Origin: a virus
Direction: 5' to 3' (one strand)
DNA: 64,000 nt
IMG/VR virus record: IMGVR_UViG_3300031772_000003
Coordinates: 32,001-96,000 of that record
The translations under genes and the position numbers were made by a program. This document shows positions 18,903 through 27,111 of the stretch, piece by piece. The notes under the pieces are model-generated. The model did not search any database. It was given only the letters and a program-made list of their open reading frames with translations, and was not told where the DNA came from. Position 1 is the first letter of the stretch. Every line of letters begins with the position of its first letter.

Positions 18903-19415
18903 TTAGGGCTGTTGGTACGCTTCCAGTGGCTCGCGGTAGCGGGTGCCGCGAATGTCGTACCACAGCGGCACGTCGGTGTTGGCGAAGCGGGTGGCGCAAA
19001 TGACGCTCAACACGTCGTAGACACACTCGGAGAAACGGAAGCGGTCCCCCGCCGCCGCGATGATCGTGGCCGCTAAGGTGTTGGGGTTTTGGGTCGCTAG
19101 GCCCGCTTGGACGAGGCTGAGGACGCTGACCTTCAGCGTCACATCACGGGTCTCCTCCACCCCGTACTTGGTGAGGGGCCTGGCTTCGGCATCGGGTGCG
19201 GGGGCTGCCCGAACCTGATGGGGCGCGGGCCTGCCATCCACACCGTCGGTGAAGACCTTCTCGGCCTCGCGGGCCTCCGCGAACACGTCGTCCACGGCCT
19301 CCGCCGACGTGACCTGCCGCCAGTACGTGATGAGTGGGTAGTGGCGGTTGCAGTAGTCCCTCATGCGGCGTTGGATATTGGCGAGATCGCGGAGGGTTGG
19401 CCACTGGGTCTGCAT
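18903..19415 (-). CDS. Neck / head-closure protein (gp14-like); start revised to ATG 19415
   Basis: DDVFAE, LTKYGVE..RD and GDRFRF....YDV motifs; TGATG overlap with the upstream small ORF. Confidence 0.6.
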   Translation of the reverse strand: MQTQWPTLRDLANIQRRMRDYCNRHYPLITYWRQVTSAEAVDDVFAEAREAEKVFTDGVDGRPAPHQVRAAPAPDAEARPLTKYGVEETRDVTLKVSVLSLVQAGLATQNPNTLAATIIAAAGDRFRFSECVYDVLSVICATRFANTDVPLWYDIRGTRYREPLEAYQQP

Positions 19416-19549
19416 CACTTGGCTCCAAGTGGCTTTACGGCTTCCTGGGGCTTGGCGGGGGTGGTATAACCTGATTTGGAAGCCAGGGCTCCTGCCGCTA
19501 CGGATGCCGCCGCGGCCCACAACACCAAGGGGAGACACAGATGACGCAT
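19415..19549 (-). CDS. Small (44 aa) signal-peptide/membrane peptide
   Basis: MRHLCLPLVLWAAAASVAAGALA...; GAGGAGG RBS at about 19556-19562; TGATG coupling to the next gene. Confidence 0.55.
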   Translation of the reverse strand: MRHLCLPLVLWAAAASVAAGALASKSGYTTPAKPQEAVKPLGAK

Positions 19550-19560
19550 GGTAAACCTCC

Positions 19561-19815
19561 TCACCTCCCCATATGCTGGGCCTCCGGGGCACTGCTGGCC
19601 GACACCCCGGCGTCCCTCTTTTCCATCTGCCGCCGCCGCTCCCGGGCCAACTCGTTGAGACTGATGCCCTCGCGCGCCGCCCACGCCACGACCGCGGGTG
19701 GGAACTTCGCTATGATGAGCAACTCCGCGACCTTTGCCACGCGGTCTACAGTTGTCTCGGTCGGCCACGAGCAACCCGCAAGGATGCAGGTGACGAGGAT
19801 AGCGGCGACGCGCAT
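19561..19815 (-). CDS. Small lipoprotein
   Basis: MRVAAILVTCILAG-C lipobox. Confidence 0.65.
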   Translation of the reverse strand: MRVAAILVTCILAGCSWPTETTVDRVAKVAELLIIAKFPPAVVAWAAREGISLNELARERRRQMEKRDAGVSASSAPEAQHMGR

Positions 19816-19816
19816 G

Positions 19817-19993
19817 CTAATCTCCCGTTTCGTCCCACATGTTCGATACCGAATCGCTGATCGTCAGGTTCGAGTTCCAGCGGGCGTAGCGGATGATTAC
19901 CCGCACGACGATCAGGCACAGCAAACCACGCACTATCCCATAGAGGAGCCAGAGGCCAGCGCCGGCGAGTAGTGCGTAGAGCAGCCAGTTCAT
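19817..19993 (-). CDS. Small membrane protein (58 aa, absent from the ORF track)
   Basis: MNWLLYALLAGAGLWLLYGIVRGLLCLIVVRVIIRYARW...; fills the gap exactly; GGTGAG RBS. Confidence 0.6.
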   Translation of the reverse strand: MNWLLYALLAGAGLWLLYGIVRGLLCLIVVRVIIRYARWNSNLTISDSVSNMWDETGD

Positions 19994-20029
19994 CTTCTCA
20001 CCTGCCCCACAAGAGCCGCAGCACCTCCC

Positions 20030-20485
20030 TCATGGGATTGGAAGCCCTGCCGCAGTGAGAGCGGCCTTGGCGTCGCTCGCCTTCCCATTCAGGTCTTGGC
20101 GGAACTTCGCCACGTAGAACTTGAGGAGCTTTTGTGAATACTCCACGTCCGAGATCGTGCCGGCGGCGTGCCCTTTGACCAAAGGGGCGAGGATGATAAA
20201 TGGTCAGGTCGAGCCGTTATGAACGCCGTCCCAAGTGACCTCGGTGTAGTAGCGGTGGAGGATGTCGAGCGTCCGCCAATCGGGGCCGGCGAGGAACGGC
20301 TTGCAGAAGTCGATGTCGGCTTGGGTCTGGTTCGGCACTCCAACGCTGGAGCACCCGCCCACGTTAATCGGAACCTCGAAGCCGTCGATGACGGTCCTCG
20401 GCCTGCGAACCATGCCCGGCCCGCACGATACCAGGGCCACGGTCAACGCGACGACGGCCTTCTTCGCCCACGACACGTTGCGCAT
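20030..20485 (-). CDS. Lipoprotein with an in-frame TGA at 20204-20206; candidate selenoprotein (151 aa if read through)
   Basis: AGGAGG RBS; LVS-C lipobox; the frame continues 57 codons past the TGA; SECIS-like hairpin downstream. Confidence 0.6.
20170..20188 (-). promoter_or_regulatory. Putative bacterial SECIS hairpin G(C)CCCUUU-GGUC-AAAGGGC
   Basis: 6-bp stem plus one further pair after a bulge; GGUC loop at +24 to +27 after the UGA. Confidence 0.55.
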
Positions 20486-20512
20486 CGGCACGCCTCCTAT
20501 GCCAAAAAAAAG

Positions 20513-21223
20513 TTACATCACCAGCGGCCCTTGGATGCGGCTCAACCGCTTGATCGTCGCCTCGGCTTCCGCGATCAGTTTAGCCGAATCCGTTGCAAGT
20601 TGTGCCGCATTCGTGGCCAACTGGCCCCCGGGGGCAGGCACCATCGGGAACTTGCCCCTGATCTCGGACAGGATGCCCTTGGCATAGCCAAGGACGGCCT
20701 TCTTCAGGACATCGACGTACTGCACCTTGCCTTTCTCGAAGTCGCCGGCATCGAGGGGAACGGCGACGATGTAGGCGATGTCGAAAGGCCCGCCCCAGCA
20801 GTCCACGAAGACCTTCCTGCTCGTCCCGTCGTAGGTCCAGCCGGGCTCCCTGCCCCTCACGCGCTGGTACAGCTTATACTGGCTGCGGTAGAAGTACCAA
20901 TCGCCCACCGGCATCCTCGGCCAAACCATCCTGAACATGAGCTCGAAGATGTTCATTTCCGAGTATTCACGAAGCTCCTGGGGCATCAGGAACTTCATGG
21001 TGAGGATGCCCCTGTCGGTGGGGTTGAGTTGGATCACCACCGATCCAACTTGGCTGCGCAAGACCCGAAGTTCGCGGCCAGAGGTGTAGTGGTTGAAGAG
21101 GTCGAGGGCGTCCTGGACCGATGTGGTGAGGTGGGTCTCGGTAAGCTCGACCTCAACCTCTGGGGCACCTAACCTGGCCTTGATCCAGTCCTTGAGCGTC
21201 GTCGTGAAAGTTTCGGCGGACAT
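20513..21223 (-). CDS. Neck / head-tail adaptor protein (gp13-like)
   Basis: WIKARLGAP.VEVELTE..L...VQDAL; AKGILSEIRGKF..VP.PGG...NA..L. Confidence 0.8.
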   Translation of the reverse strand: MSAETFTTTLKDWIKARLGAPEVEVELTETHLTTSVQDALDLFNHYTSGRELRVLRSQVGSVVIQLNPTDRGILTMKFLMPQELREYSEMNIFELMFRMVWPRMPVGDWYFYRSQYKLYQRVRGREPGWTYDGTSRKVFVDCWGGPFDIAYIVAVPLDAGDFEKGKVQYVDVLKKAVLGYAKGILSEIRGKFPMVPAPGGQLATNAAQLATDSAKLIAEAEATIKRLSRIQGPLVM

Positions 21224-21255
21224 CGCAGGCTCCTCACCTCTATTCTACACCCAGA

Positions 21256-22395
21256 CTAGGAGAGAGTAAGGGGGCCTGGGGGAGGAATAACGAACTTGGA
21301 GCCGTCCCAGTACTTCCTGTGGCGCATCAGTTGGGAGAGAGACGGGCCAGCCACGCCACCGCTTTGCTCGGTGCCCCAGGTCAACTCGTTGTCGGCCTGG
21401 GTGACGTTCGCATACTCGAAGGCGAGCCAGGCGGCGGAGCGGGCGATACCCACGCTCAGGTGCATCTCGTCCAACCGGCCGTCCAGCCAATTGTTCGCTC
21501 CACCCGCATAGTGATTACCGAACAGTCGGTAGGTATTAGATGAGTTCAGGGCGTCAACCGACGTTGTGCTGTATGCTACCTCAATTCCGTCTTTATAAAC
21601 GGATTTTCGGCCATCGGAGACGCTATATCGAGCTGCAACGTGGTGCCACGCGCCCGTGCCCATCGTGTAAGCAACATCGTTATTCCGCGTGCCATTATTA
21701 CCAGTCGATGTGTCGCGCGTGTAGAAGGCTGTTTGAGTAAGTGAAAATGCCCAGTAATCATTACTGCTATAACTCATAAGATGGGATGTGGAACTTGGGG
21801 TGCTGTCAGCATATGCCCATGCCGAGAATGTGATTTCTGACGCGCCATCGATCACGTTCGGCGCAGTGAAGGCGTCCGTGTTGCTGTCGATATCTACGGC
21901 GCTTCCGATCTTGCCAGTCAATCCATAGGCGGGGGTGTTCACCTCCGCCGCTGTGTTCCCGTTGGCGGTGGAATCCGCGAGTGGCGTTGAGGCATCAGAA
22001 CAATGCCAGACGCCCTTGAAGTTGGCATCCCACACGCCTGATGCCGGTGAATAGGCCGTGTCGCCGGCCTTCTCATAGTAGACGCGCACGACGGTCTTGG
22101 TTCCACTGGCCGCGATGCTTGGGATTTTCACCCAGATGGAGGCTGTGACGTTGGACCCTGCACCACCGCTCCACGCCTCGATCTCGCTCGGTATTTCCGT
22201 TTGCGTTGCCGTCTCGTAGAAGTGCACGTCCGCGCCTGTCGCCAGGCAGTTCTTGAACACGACATCGAGCGTCGTGGCGTCGCCGTTTGTGTGCGCACTA
22301 TCGATTGGAAACAGCGCGGGGAAGTCCGTCAATCCGGCTGCCGGGTAGTCAATGGTGACTTCCATGTAGTGCGCGTAGCCACTTGGGTAGGCCAT
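21256..22395 (-). CDS. DUF2341 + LamG/ConA-like lectin domain protein (probable virion decoration or adhesion protein)
   Basis: LTDFP.L, D.HF, EIE.W, IWVKIPSI, VW...F.GVWH, DSTANGN, TFSAW, WHHVA, G.LDE..LS..ARSAAW. Confidence 0.8.
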   Translation of the reverse strand: MAYPSGYAHYMEVTIDYPAAGLTDFPALFPIDSAHTNGDATTLDVVFKNCLATGADVHFYETATQTEIPSEIEAWSGGAGSNVTASIWVKIPSIAASGTKTVVRVYYEKAGDTAYSPASGVWDANFKGVWHCSDASTPLADSTANGNTAAEVNTPAYGLTGKIGSAVDIDSNTDAFTAPNVIDGASEITFSAWAYADSTPSSTSHLMSYSSNDYWAFSLTQTAFYTRDTSTGNNGTRNNDVAYTMGTGAWHHVAARYSVSDGRKSVYKDGIEVAYSTTSVDALNSSNTYRLFGNHYAGGANNWLDGRLDEMHLSVGIARSAAWLAFEYANVTQADNELTWGTEQSGGVAGPSLSQLMRHRKYWDGSKFVIPPPGPLTLS

Positions 22396-22408
22396 GCCTC
22401 AATCCCAT

Positions 22409-22657
22409 TCAGGCAAGATAGGCGGCACAGGCGTTGTAGAGCGCCGTGACCTTCGCCTTGAGCGAGTCGAGCTTGTCCACGTCTGCCTGGTCATACTCGC
22501 CCGTTGCGACACCGGCGATCATGATCAAGCGCGCCTGATTCAGTTCGAGCGCCTTGTTGGCGATGACAACGGCGCTACTCGAAATCTGGCTGAGGCGCCC
22601 CATGATTTCCTCGGCCATTTTCCTTCTGGTTACTTCCACAAATGCGTCACGGGCCAT
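22409..22657 (-). CDS. Hypothetical helical protein
   Basis: ORF with AAGGAG RBS in the head region. Confidence 0.6.
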   Translation of the reverse strand: MARDAFVEVTRRKMAEEIMGRLSQISSSAVVIANKALELNQARLIMIAGVATGEYDQADVDKLDSLKAKVTALYNACAAYLA

Positions 22658-22813
22658 TGCAGTCTCCTTTCAAGCCGCGTGCGGTGCGGCGTAATGGGCC
22701 GGGGCAGAGGATGGCCCGCGGAGCATCCCTTTGTGGGCCGGGCCTTTGGCAGTGTGCCAACCGCGCATTCCCCACCCCTATTCGTTTCACCACTGGGTGA
22801 AGTCCATGTTCCA

Positions 22814-23536
22814 CTACTTAGGTGGCTCCGGCAGCGCCTCATGCTGCTCCTCGGTCAAGCCATGCTTGGCGTAGAGGTGGCCGATGAGGCCGTTGGTGTT
22901 CTTGAACCGCTTCTCCACGCCCTGCTGGGCGCAGACTTTACATAGGGGGAGATTCGCGGGCATTGTGGCTGGGATGACCGCCCCCATGCTTGGTGTCGGC
23001 ACCTGCTCGAAGGCAGGGGCTTGCGGAGGAGCGCTGGGGGCAGGAGGTGTGGGTGGTGCAGCCGCCACAACGCGCGGCGGCACCGAGACGTGGTTGGGGT
23101 GGGCCCGGGCGACATGAGCGTCATGGAGGGCCAATTGGCCTGTTCGGTGGATCTGGCAGACCCGGCAAATGTAGATCCCGCGCCTTCGTTCGTAGGTGTC
23201 GGTTTCTTCCTCGATGGGAGCGAGGGGCTGGGAGGGTGGAGGGCGAGCTACTGGGGGGCTCGCTCTTGGTTGTACCGGGGCCGTGGGGCGGGGTGGTGAG
23301 GGTGCGGGGTGAGTGGTGCTGCGGGGCGCGAGGTAATGAGGCGGCAACATCGGCTGCGCGGGGACCGGTGGAGTTCCGGGTCGATCCGGCACCACGACTC
23401 GGCTCAAGAAATCGGGCCCGACGTGGCGGCTCCACCACGGATCGGGAGAATAGCCCCCGGGTGGGAACGCCACTTGTGCCCCCGCCCTGCTCAGGAATAA
23501 GGGGTGGGGATGAAGGTTCTGGTAAATGACGGCCAT
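22814..23536 (-). CDS. Pro-rich protein with two C2H2-type zinc fingers
   Basis: YICRVC...HVARAH and CKVC...FKNTNGLIGHLYAKH; GAGGAGG RBS. Confidence 0.7.
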   Translation of the reverse strand: MAVIYQNLHPHPLFLSRAGAQVAFPPGGYSPDPWWSRHVGPDFLSRVVVPDRPGTPPVPAQPMLPPHYLAPRSTTHPAPSPPRPTAPVQPRASPPVARPPPSQPLAPIEEETDTYERRRGIYICRVCQIHRTGQLALHDAHVARAHPNHVSVPPRVVAAAPPTPPAPSAPPQAPAFEQVPTPSMGAVIPATMPANLPLCKVCAQQGVEKRFKNTNGLIGHLYAKHGLTEEQHEALPEPPK

Positions 23537-23580
23537 TGCGTCCTCCTCGTTGTCGAGATACCTCCGGCACTCATGTGCAA

Positions 23581-23614
23581 GCGGGACGCCCAGGACTCGG
23601 CCTGAGCGTCCCGC
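23581..23614 (-). terminator. GC-rich stem-loop downstream of the major capsid gene (terminator or processing signal)
   Basis: gcgggacgc-ccagg...cctga-gcgtcccgc inverted repeat; only a weak U-tract. Confidence 0.5.
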
Positions 23615-23617
23615 CTG

Positions 23618-23681
23618 GGTGCTACTCCAAAGTAGCGGTGCTACTCCAAAGTAGTGGTGCTACTCCAAAGTAGCGGTGCTA
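23618..23681. repeat. 19-bp tandem repeat x3.3, each unit internally palindromic
   Basis: ggtGCTACTccaaAGTAGC units at 23618, 23637 (one mismatch) and 23656. Confidence 0.9.
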
Positions 23682-23734
23682 TGCCACGAACGCGGGTCTA
23701 TGTACCTGAGCGGCGATTCTCGTCAAGCCCCTGC

Positions 23735-25201
23735 TCATGGTATGAAGGCCCCACCGGTTTGGATCACGATGCCGCGGATGTACATGTTGGCGTTGACGGG
23801 CTTCCTCGCGGCCCTGTACGCCATGCCCTTGCGGGCCAGAAGGTCATCGAGGATCACGGTGTTCGTGATGTACAGGGGCAGATAGGGGGCCCAAATGTAG
23901 CCGGTATCATTGAAGCCGCTGCCCTTGTAGCCCATCAAGAACTCGTTGCGGCTCGTCTCGCCGCCGTCGTTGCCGAAGCTGGGATCGCGGTAGATCGTCA
24001 GGTCCTCGACGGTGCCGATCTTGCGGACACCGGCCTCGTTGGAGGCACCGGCACCGCTCGACTTGAACCTGTTGAGGGTCTGGAGGATCTCGCAGAACCC
24101 AGGCCCGCCGACGACCCAGTTGGGCGTGACGCGCTGCGTCCGCTCATTGACGGCGATCTGGCCCTGAACCAGTGCGTCGTAGAGGCTTTCCTTGTGCCAA
24201 ATCCACGGCACGCCAAGCGGGGGAGTGCGGTCCCACGAGATGAGGCCGCTGGCCGCGATGGTCCGGAGGTGGCGGATGATCTCGTAGTTGACTTCCTTGG
24301 CGATCTCATTTCTCATGAAACTGACCGCCTCCATCTCCAACTTGAGGCCGTGGTACGCCTCGAAATCCTGGGCCGCTTCGATGCTGTACCTGCAACGCAG
24401 AGCCCATTTCCTGGCGGTCAGGGCCGCCGTGGTCATCTGGAGATCGATCTCGGGGGTATTGGCTTGGCCCTCGGAATTGAACTCGTAGTTGGCCACGACC
24501 GCGGTGCCCGCGTCAGGGGCGGTGGCGAACAGGAGGTCGTAGGCACCGGTCGCATAGTCAACGGTGTTGACCCCGAGGGGATCGACGGAGCCGATGAGGT
24601 GGCCATTGCCGTCATCCACGACTCTCCGGGTGCCGTCCCCGATGACGACGGTGGTGCCCCTCACCGGAACCAGGGCGAGGTTGCCGGTGAAGTGCGTTGC
24701 GGCACCGGTCCCGACCCCCCGCGGCTCATCCTTCACGCGCTCGCCGGTGTAGGTATACTCGGTCGAGGGGCCGCGCCGCACGTCGGACATCTTCGTGCCG
24801 CGCTGAATGCGGCCCTTGGTCGTGCCGTAGATGGGCTCGAAGAAGAACACGAGGCCGGTCGGGGCGTCGAGGGCTTGGACCGTCACCAACTCGGCGGCGA
24901 CGAGGTTGGCCATGTAAGCCCTGATGATCGGGAAGACGAACTTCTCGAAGCTGCCGACGCTGACGCTCGAAGTCGCCTCCTTGAGCTTGCGGATGTGACG
25001 CAGCGTGTTCTCGTACAAGCGTGCGAGATTGCAGCGCTTGTCCTCGTCCGCGATGCCCGCCAAGCAGTCGAGGATCTCGTCTCGGGCCTTGATGTCCCTG
25101 CCGGGCCGTTTCTTCCACGACTCCACGAGTTGGAAATCGGCGGCCCGCCGAGCCTCCCAACCCGCTTGAATATCGAGAATCGGGTTGTCCAGAGCGTCCA
25201 T
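23735..25201 (-). CDS. Major capsid protein (T4 gp23-like)
   Basis: FPIIR....LVA.ELVTVQ.L.APTGLVFF, ARK.ALR..YSIEAAQD..AYHGL..E.E......EIA.EVN.EII, GYKGS...DTGYIWAPY.PL; LKE/A maturation site near the N-terminus. Confidence 0.95.
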   Translation of the reverse strand: MDALDNPILDIQAGWEARRAADFQLVESWKKRPGRDIKARDEILDCLAGIADEDKRCNLARLYENTLRHIRKLKEATSSVSVGSFEKFVFPIIRAYMANLVAAELVTVQALDAPTGLVFFFEPIYGTTKGRIQRGTKMSDVRRGPSTEYTYTGERVKDEPRGVGTGAATHFTGNLALVPVRGTTVVIGDGTRRVVDDGNGHLIGSVDPLGVNTVDYATGAYDLLFATAPDAGTAVVANYEFNSEGQANTPEIDLQMTTAALTARKWALRCRYSIEAAQDFEAYHGLKLEMEAVSFMRNEIAKEVNYEIIRHLRTIAASGLISWDRTPPLGVPWIWHKESLYDALVQGQIAVNERTQRVTPNWVVGGPGFCEILQTLNRFKSSGAGASNEAGVRKIGTVEDLTIYRDPSFGNDGGETSRNEFLMGYKGSGFNDTGYIWAPYLPLYITNTVILDDLLARKGMAYRAARKPVNANMYIRGIVIQTGGAFIP

Positions 25202-25334
25202 GAAAGAACCTCCAGTGGTGCTGCTCCGGGGCAGCTACGTTTGACAGATCGTATCCGATCCGCTACGTCCATCCGCCGAAGGTCCTCCCCCAATGGGGGG
25301 AAGCTCCACAGGACTGACGCCTACGGAATCTCAC

Positions 25335-26861
25335 TCACTTGCCTTCGAGGCTAGACATGGCCTCCATGAGGGTCGGCACCCTGGCGGGCTTCACCTCTTC
25401 CACGACGGTCTTCGGCCCCTCTTTGGGGGCCTCCTTGGGATCAACGGCCTCCTTGATCGGCTTGGGGGCCGGCTTCGGGTCCGCTACGGGGGCGGGCTCG
25501 GGTGTCTCGGTGGGGGCCGGTGCCTCGTCTTCCATGAGCCTGGCCCGCAGCGCCCGCAGGAGGCGCAGCGACTCCGCGTACTTCGCCTCGGCGAGCCGAG
25601 CCCTCCGCTGCCACTTCACAGCGTCGGTGCGGAAATCCTCCGCGACGCGCTTCAGAGTGTCATAACGCTTCCCGCCCGCTCTGGCCTTGAGCTCATCGTT
25701 CTCGGCCTTGAGGGCCGCGACGCGCTCCGCAAGATGCACGGCGACCTCCGCGCCTGTTGCCGTCCCTGCCATTGCCGATCTCCTTGTCTCAGATTTGTGA
25801 CCGTCACCTACACTATACGCGCGAGCCTTGGAGCTCGGTTCCGGGGCTTTCGCTTCTACAAGCTTGGGGGCGGGGGGCTGTTTCGACTCCTTCGTCGGCT
25901 CTGCTTCCGCAGCCTCCTTCTCTTTGTGGGTCTTAGCGGCCTTATCCTCCTCCGGTTCTTTCTTGCCGCCGCCCACGAGGTCCGAGACTTTGCCGGCGAC
26001 GACCTTGCCGAGGGCCAGCAAACCCCCCCGCAGCTTCGAGCCATTGGGGCTATTGTCCGCGCCCAATCTGTCGAGAATGGTCATGACGCGGCTCAGAAGA
26101 TCGGCGAGAGGCCCAGCGGCCTTGCCGGTGTTGATCACGTCCTCAAGCTCGCGCACCAGGGCCTCAGCGGCGGTCACGGTCTCGGGGTCGACACCGTTGC
26201 CGCCTGGAGGCAGGGATCGCTCTTCAGGGGTTGGGGGCTCACCCGCGATCTCGATACCGCCCGCGGCGGGGATCTCACCGGCCTGCTCGCGGAGCCTATG
26301 GAGCGCTGCCATGACCGACTGGTCCGTCACGTAATCCCAAGTGGTGAGTTGGAAGTCGTCCTTCACGTCCTCGCAACCGTCGCCGCCGGGCATCGTTTCG
26401 CCGTCACCCCGTGAAGAGCATCCTACAGCGCATCCGCACCTGAGAAACTCCTCCAGCGTCAAGCCCTCATGGGTACGGAATACCAGGATGTCGCCCACGA
26501 CATAGTCACCGGGCTCGACCCCGGATTTGTGGCCGGGACCAACTGCCTCGATATGCACGGCCTCGATGAGGTGGCTGCCCTTGGAGAGGTCAGAGGTCCC
26601 GCTCGCGGGATGCTCCAACTGGCCAATGACGCGGCGCTCCGCGAGCCGACGCATAAAGGGGCTATCGGCCTTGAAGTTGTTCTCCCATACGCTGCGGCCA
26701 TAGCGCCGCTTATTGGCGTTGGGCTTGCCCACGGCTTGGAGGATCTGGTTCTTGAGCCGGAGCCTGGGAACGCCGTCGCCGAAGGCGGAGCGATCCCACT
26801 CCATCTGGACCGGCTTAGCGAAGAATGGGGCAGTACGCTCGGTAATTATTCCGCGTGGCAT
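25335..26861 (-). CDS. Prohead protease (T4 gp21-like) fused to a scaffold-like C-terminal region; start revised to ATG 26861
   Basis: N.N.R.Y, GQLEHP, SH.I, VGCSSRGDG and FQL.TWDYV.D.S motifs, then charged and coiled-coil segments; GGAGG RBS. Confidence 0.88.
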   Translation of the reverse strand: MPRGIITERTAPFFAKPVQMEWDRSAFGDGVPRLRLKNQILQAVGKPNANKRRYGRSVWENNFKADSPFMRRLAERRVIGQLEHPASGTSDLSKGSHLIEAVHIEAVGPGHKSGVEPGDYVVGDILVFRTHEGLTLEEFLRCGCAVGCSSRGDGETMPGGDGCEDVKDDFQLTTWDYVTDQSVMAALHRLREQAGEIPAAGGIEIAGEPPTPEERSLPPGGNGVDPETVTAAEALVRELEDVINTGKAAGPLADLLSRVMTILDRLGADNSPNGSKLRGGLLALGKVVAGKVSDLVGGGKKEPEEDKAAKTHKEKEAAEAEPTKESKQPPAPKLVEAKAPEPSSKARAYSVGDGHKSETRRSAMAGTATGAEVAVHLAERVAALKAENDELKARAGGKRYDTLKRVAEDFRTDAVKWQRRARLAEAKYAESLRLLRALRARLMEDEAPAPTETPEPAPVADPKPAPKPIKEAVDPKEAPKEGPKTVVEEVKPARVPTLMEAMSSLEGK

Positions 26862-27111
26862 TCGGCAGGTCCTCCGGTGAGATCCACTCGTGCGTATGCT
26901 CCTGGGGATCATACGCCACGGTGTAGAAGTTCCAAACATAGTCTACTGTGAAACCGGGATCGACGTTTCCAAGACTCCACAGCCAAGCCACGAGATCGTC
27001 GGGCACAAGGTCGTAGCTCGACCCGTCGGGGAGCCAGACCGTGATGGCCCTGCCGCCGTGCCTACGGGTGAGGTACAGCGTCCCCGACAGCGCCACGTCT
27101 CGGGGCGGCAT
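26815..27111 (-). CDS. Hypothetical protein (C-terminal part of the 26815-27480 track ORF)
   Basis: Protein-like composition from MPPRDVALSG onward; overlaps both neighbours by about 50 nt. Confidence 0.4.
   Translation of the reverse strand: MPPRDVALSGTLYLTRRHGGRAITVWLPDGSSYDLVPDDLVAWLWSLGNVDPGFTVDYVWNFYTVAYDPQEHTHEWISPEDLPNATRNNYRAYCPILR

Noticed and set aside
20195-20220. Deiodinase-like assignment of the Sec candidate (GST-U-PF versus GSxT-U-PPF)
   Set aside because: The resemblance covers only a few residues, and no thioredoxin-fold pattern is recognisable in the rest of the protein.
20499-20515. Intrinsic terminator at the T8 tract after the neck gene
   Set aside because: No convincing GC stem immediately precedes the U-run.
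21256-22395. Diversity-generating retroelement target
   Set aside because: No reverse transcriptase and no template/variable repeat pair differing at adenines was seen in the window.
23618-23681. CRISPR mini-array
   Set aside because: The 19-bp units are directly abutting with no spacers, and no cas genes are visible.
16281-25354. Long plus-strand ORFs (e.g. 16281-17528, 20168-21172, 23654-25354)
   Set aside because: They are antisense shadows of high-GC minus-strand genes with clear motifs and have no recognisable domains of their own.
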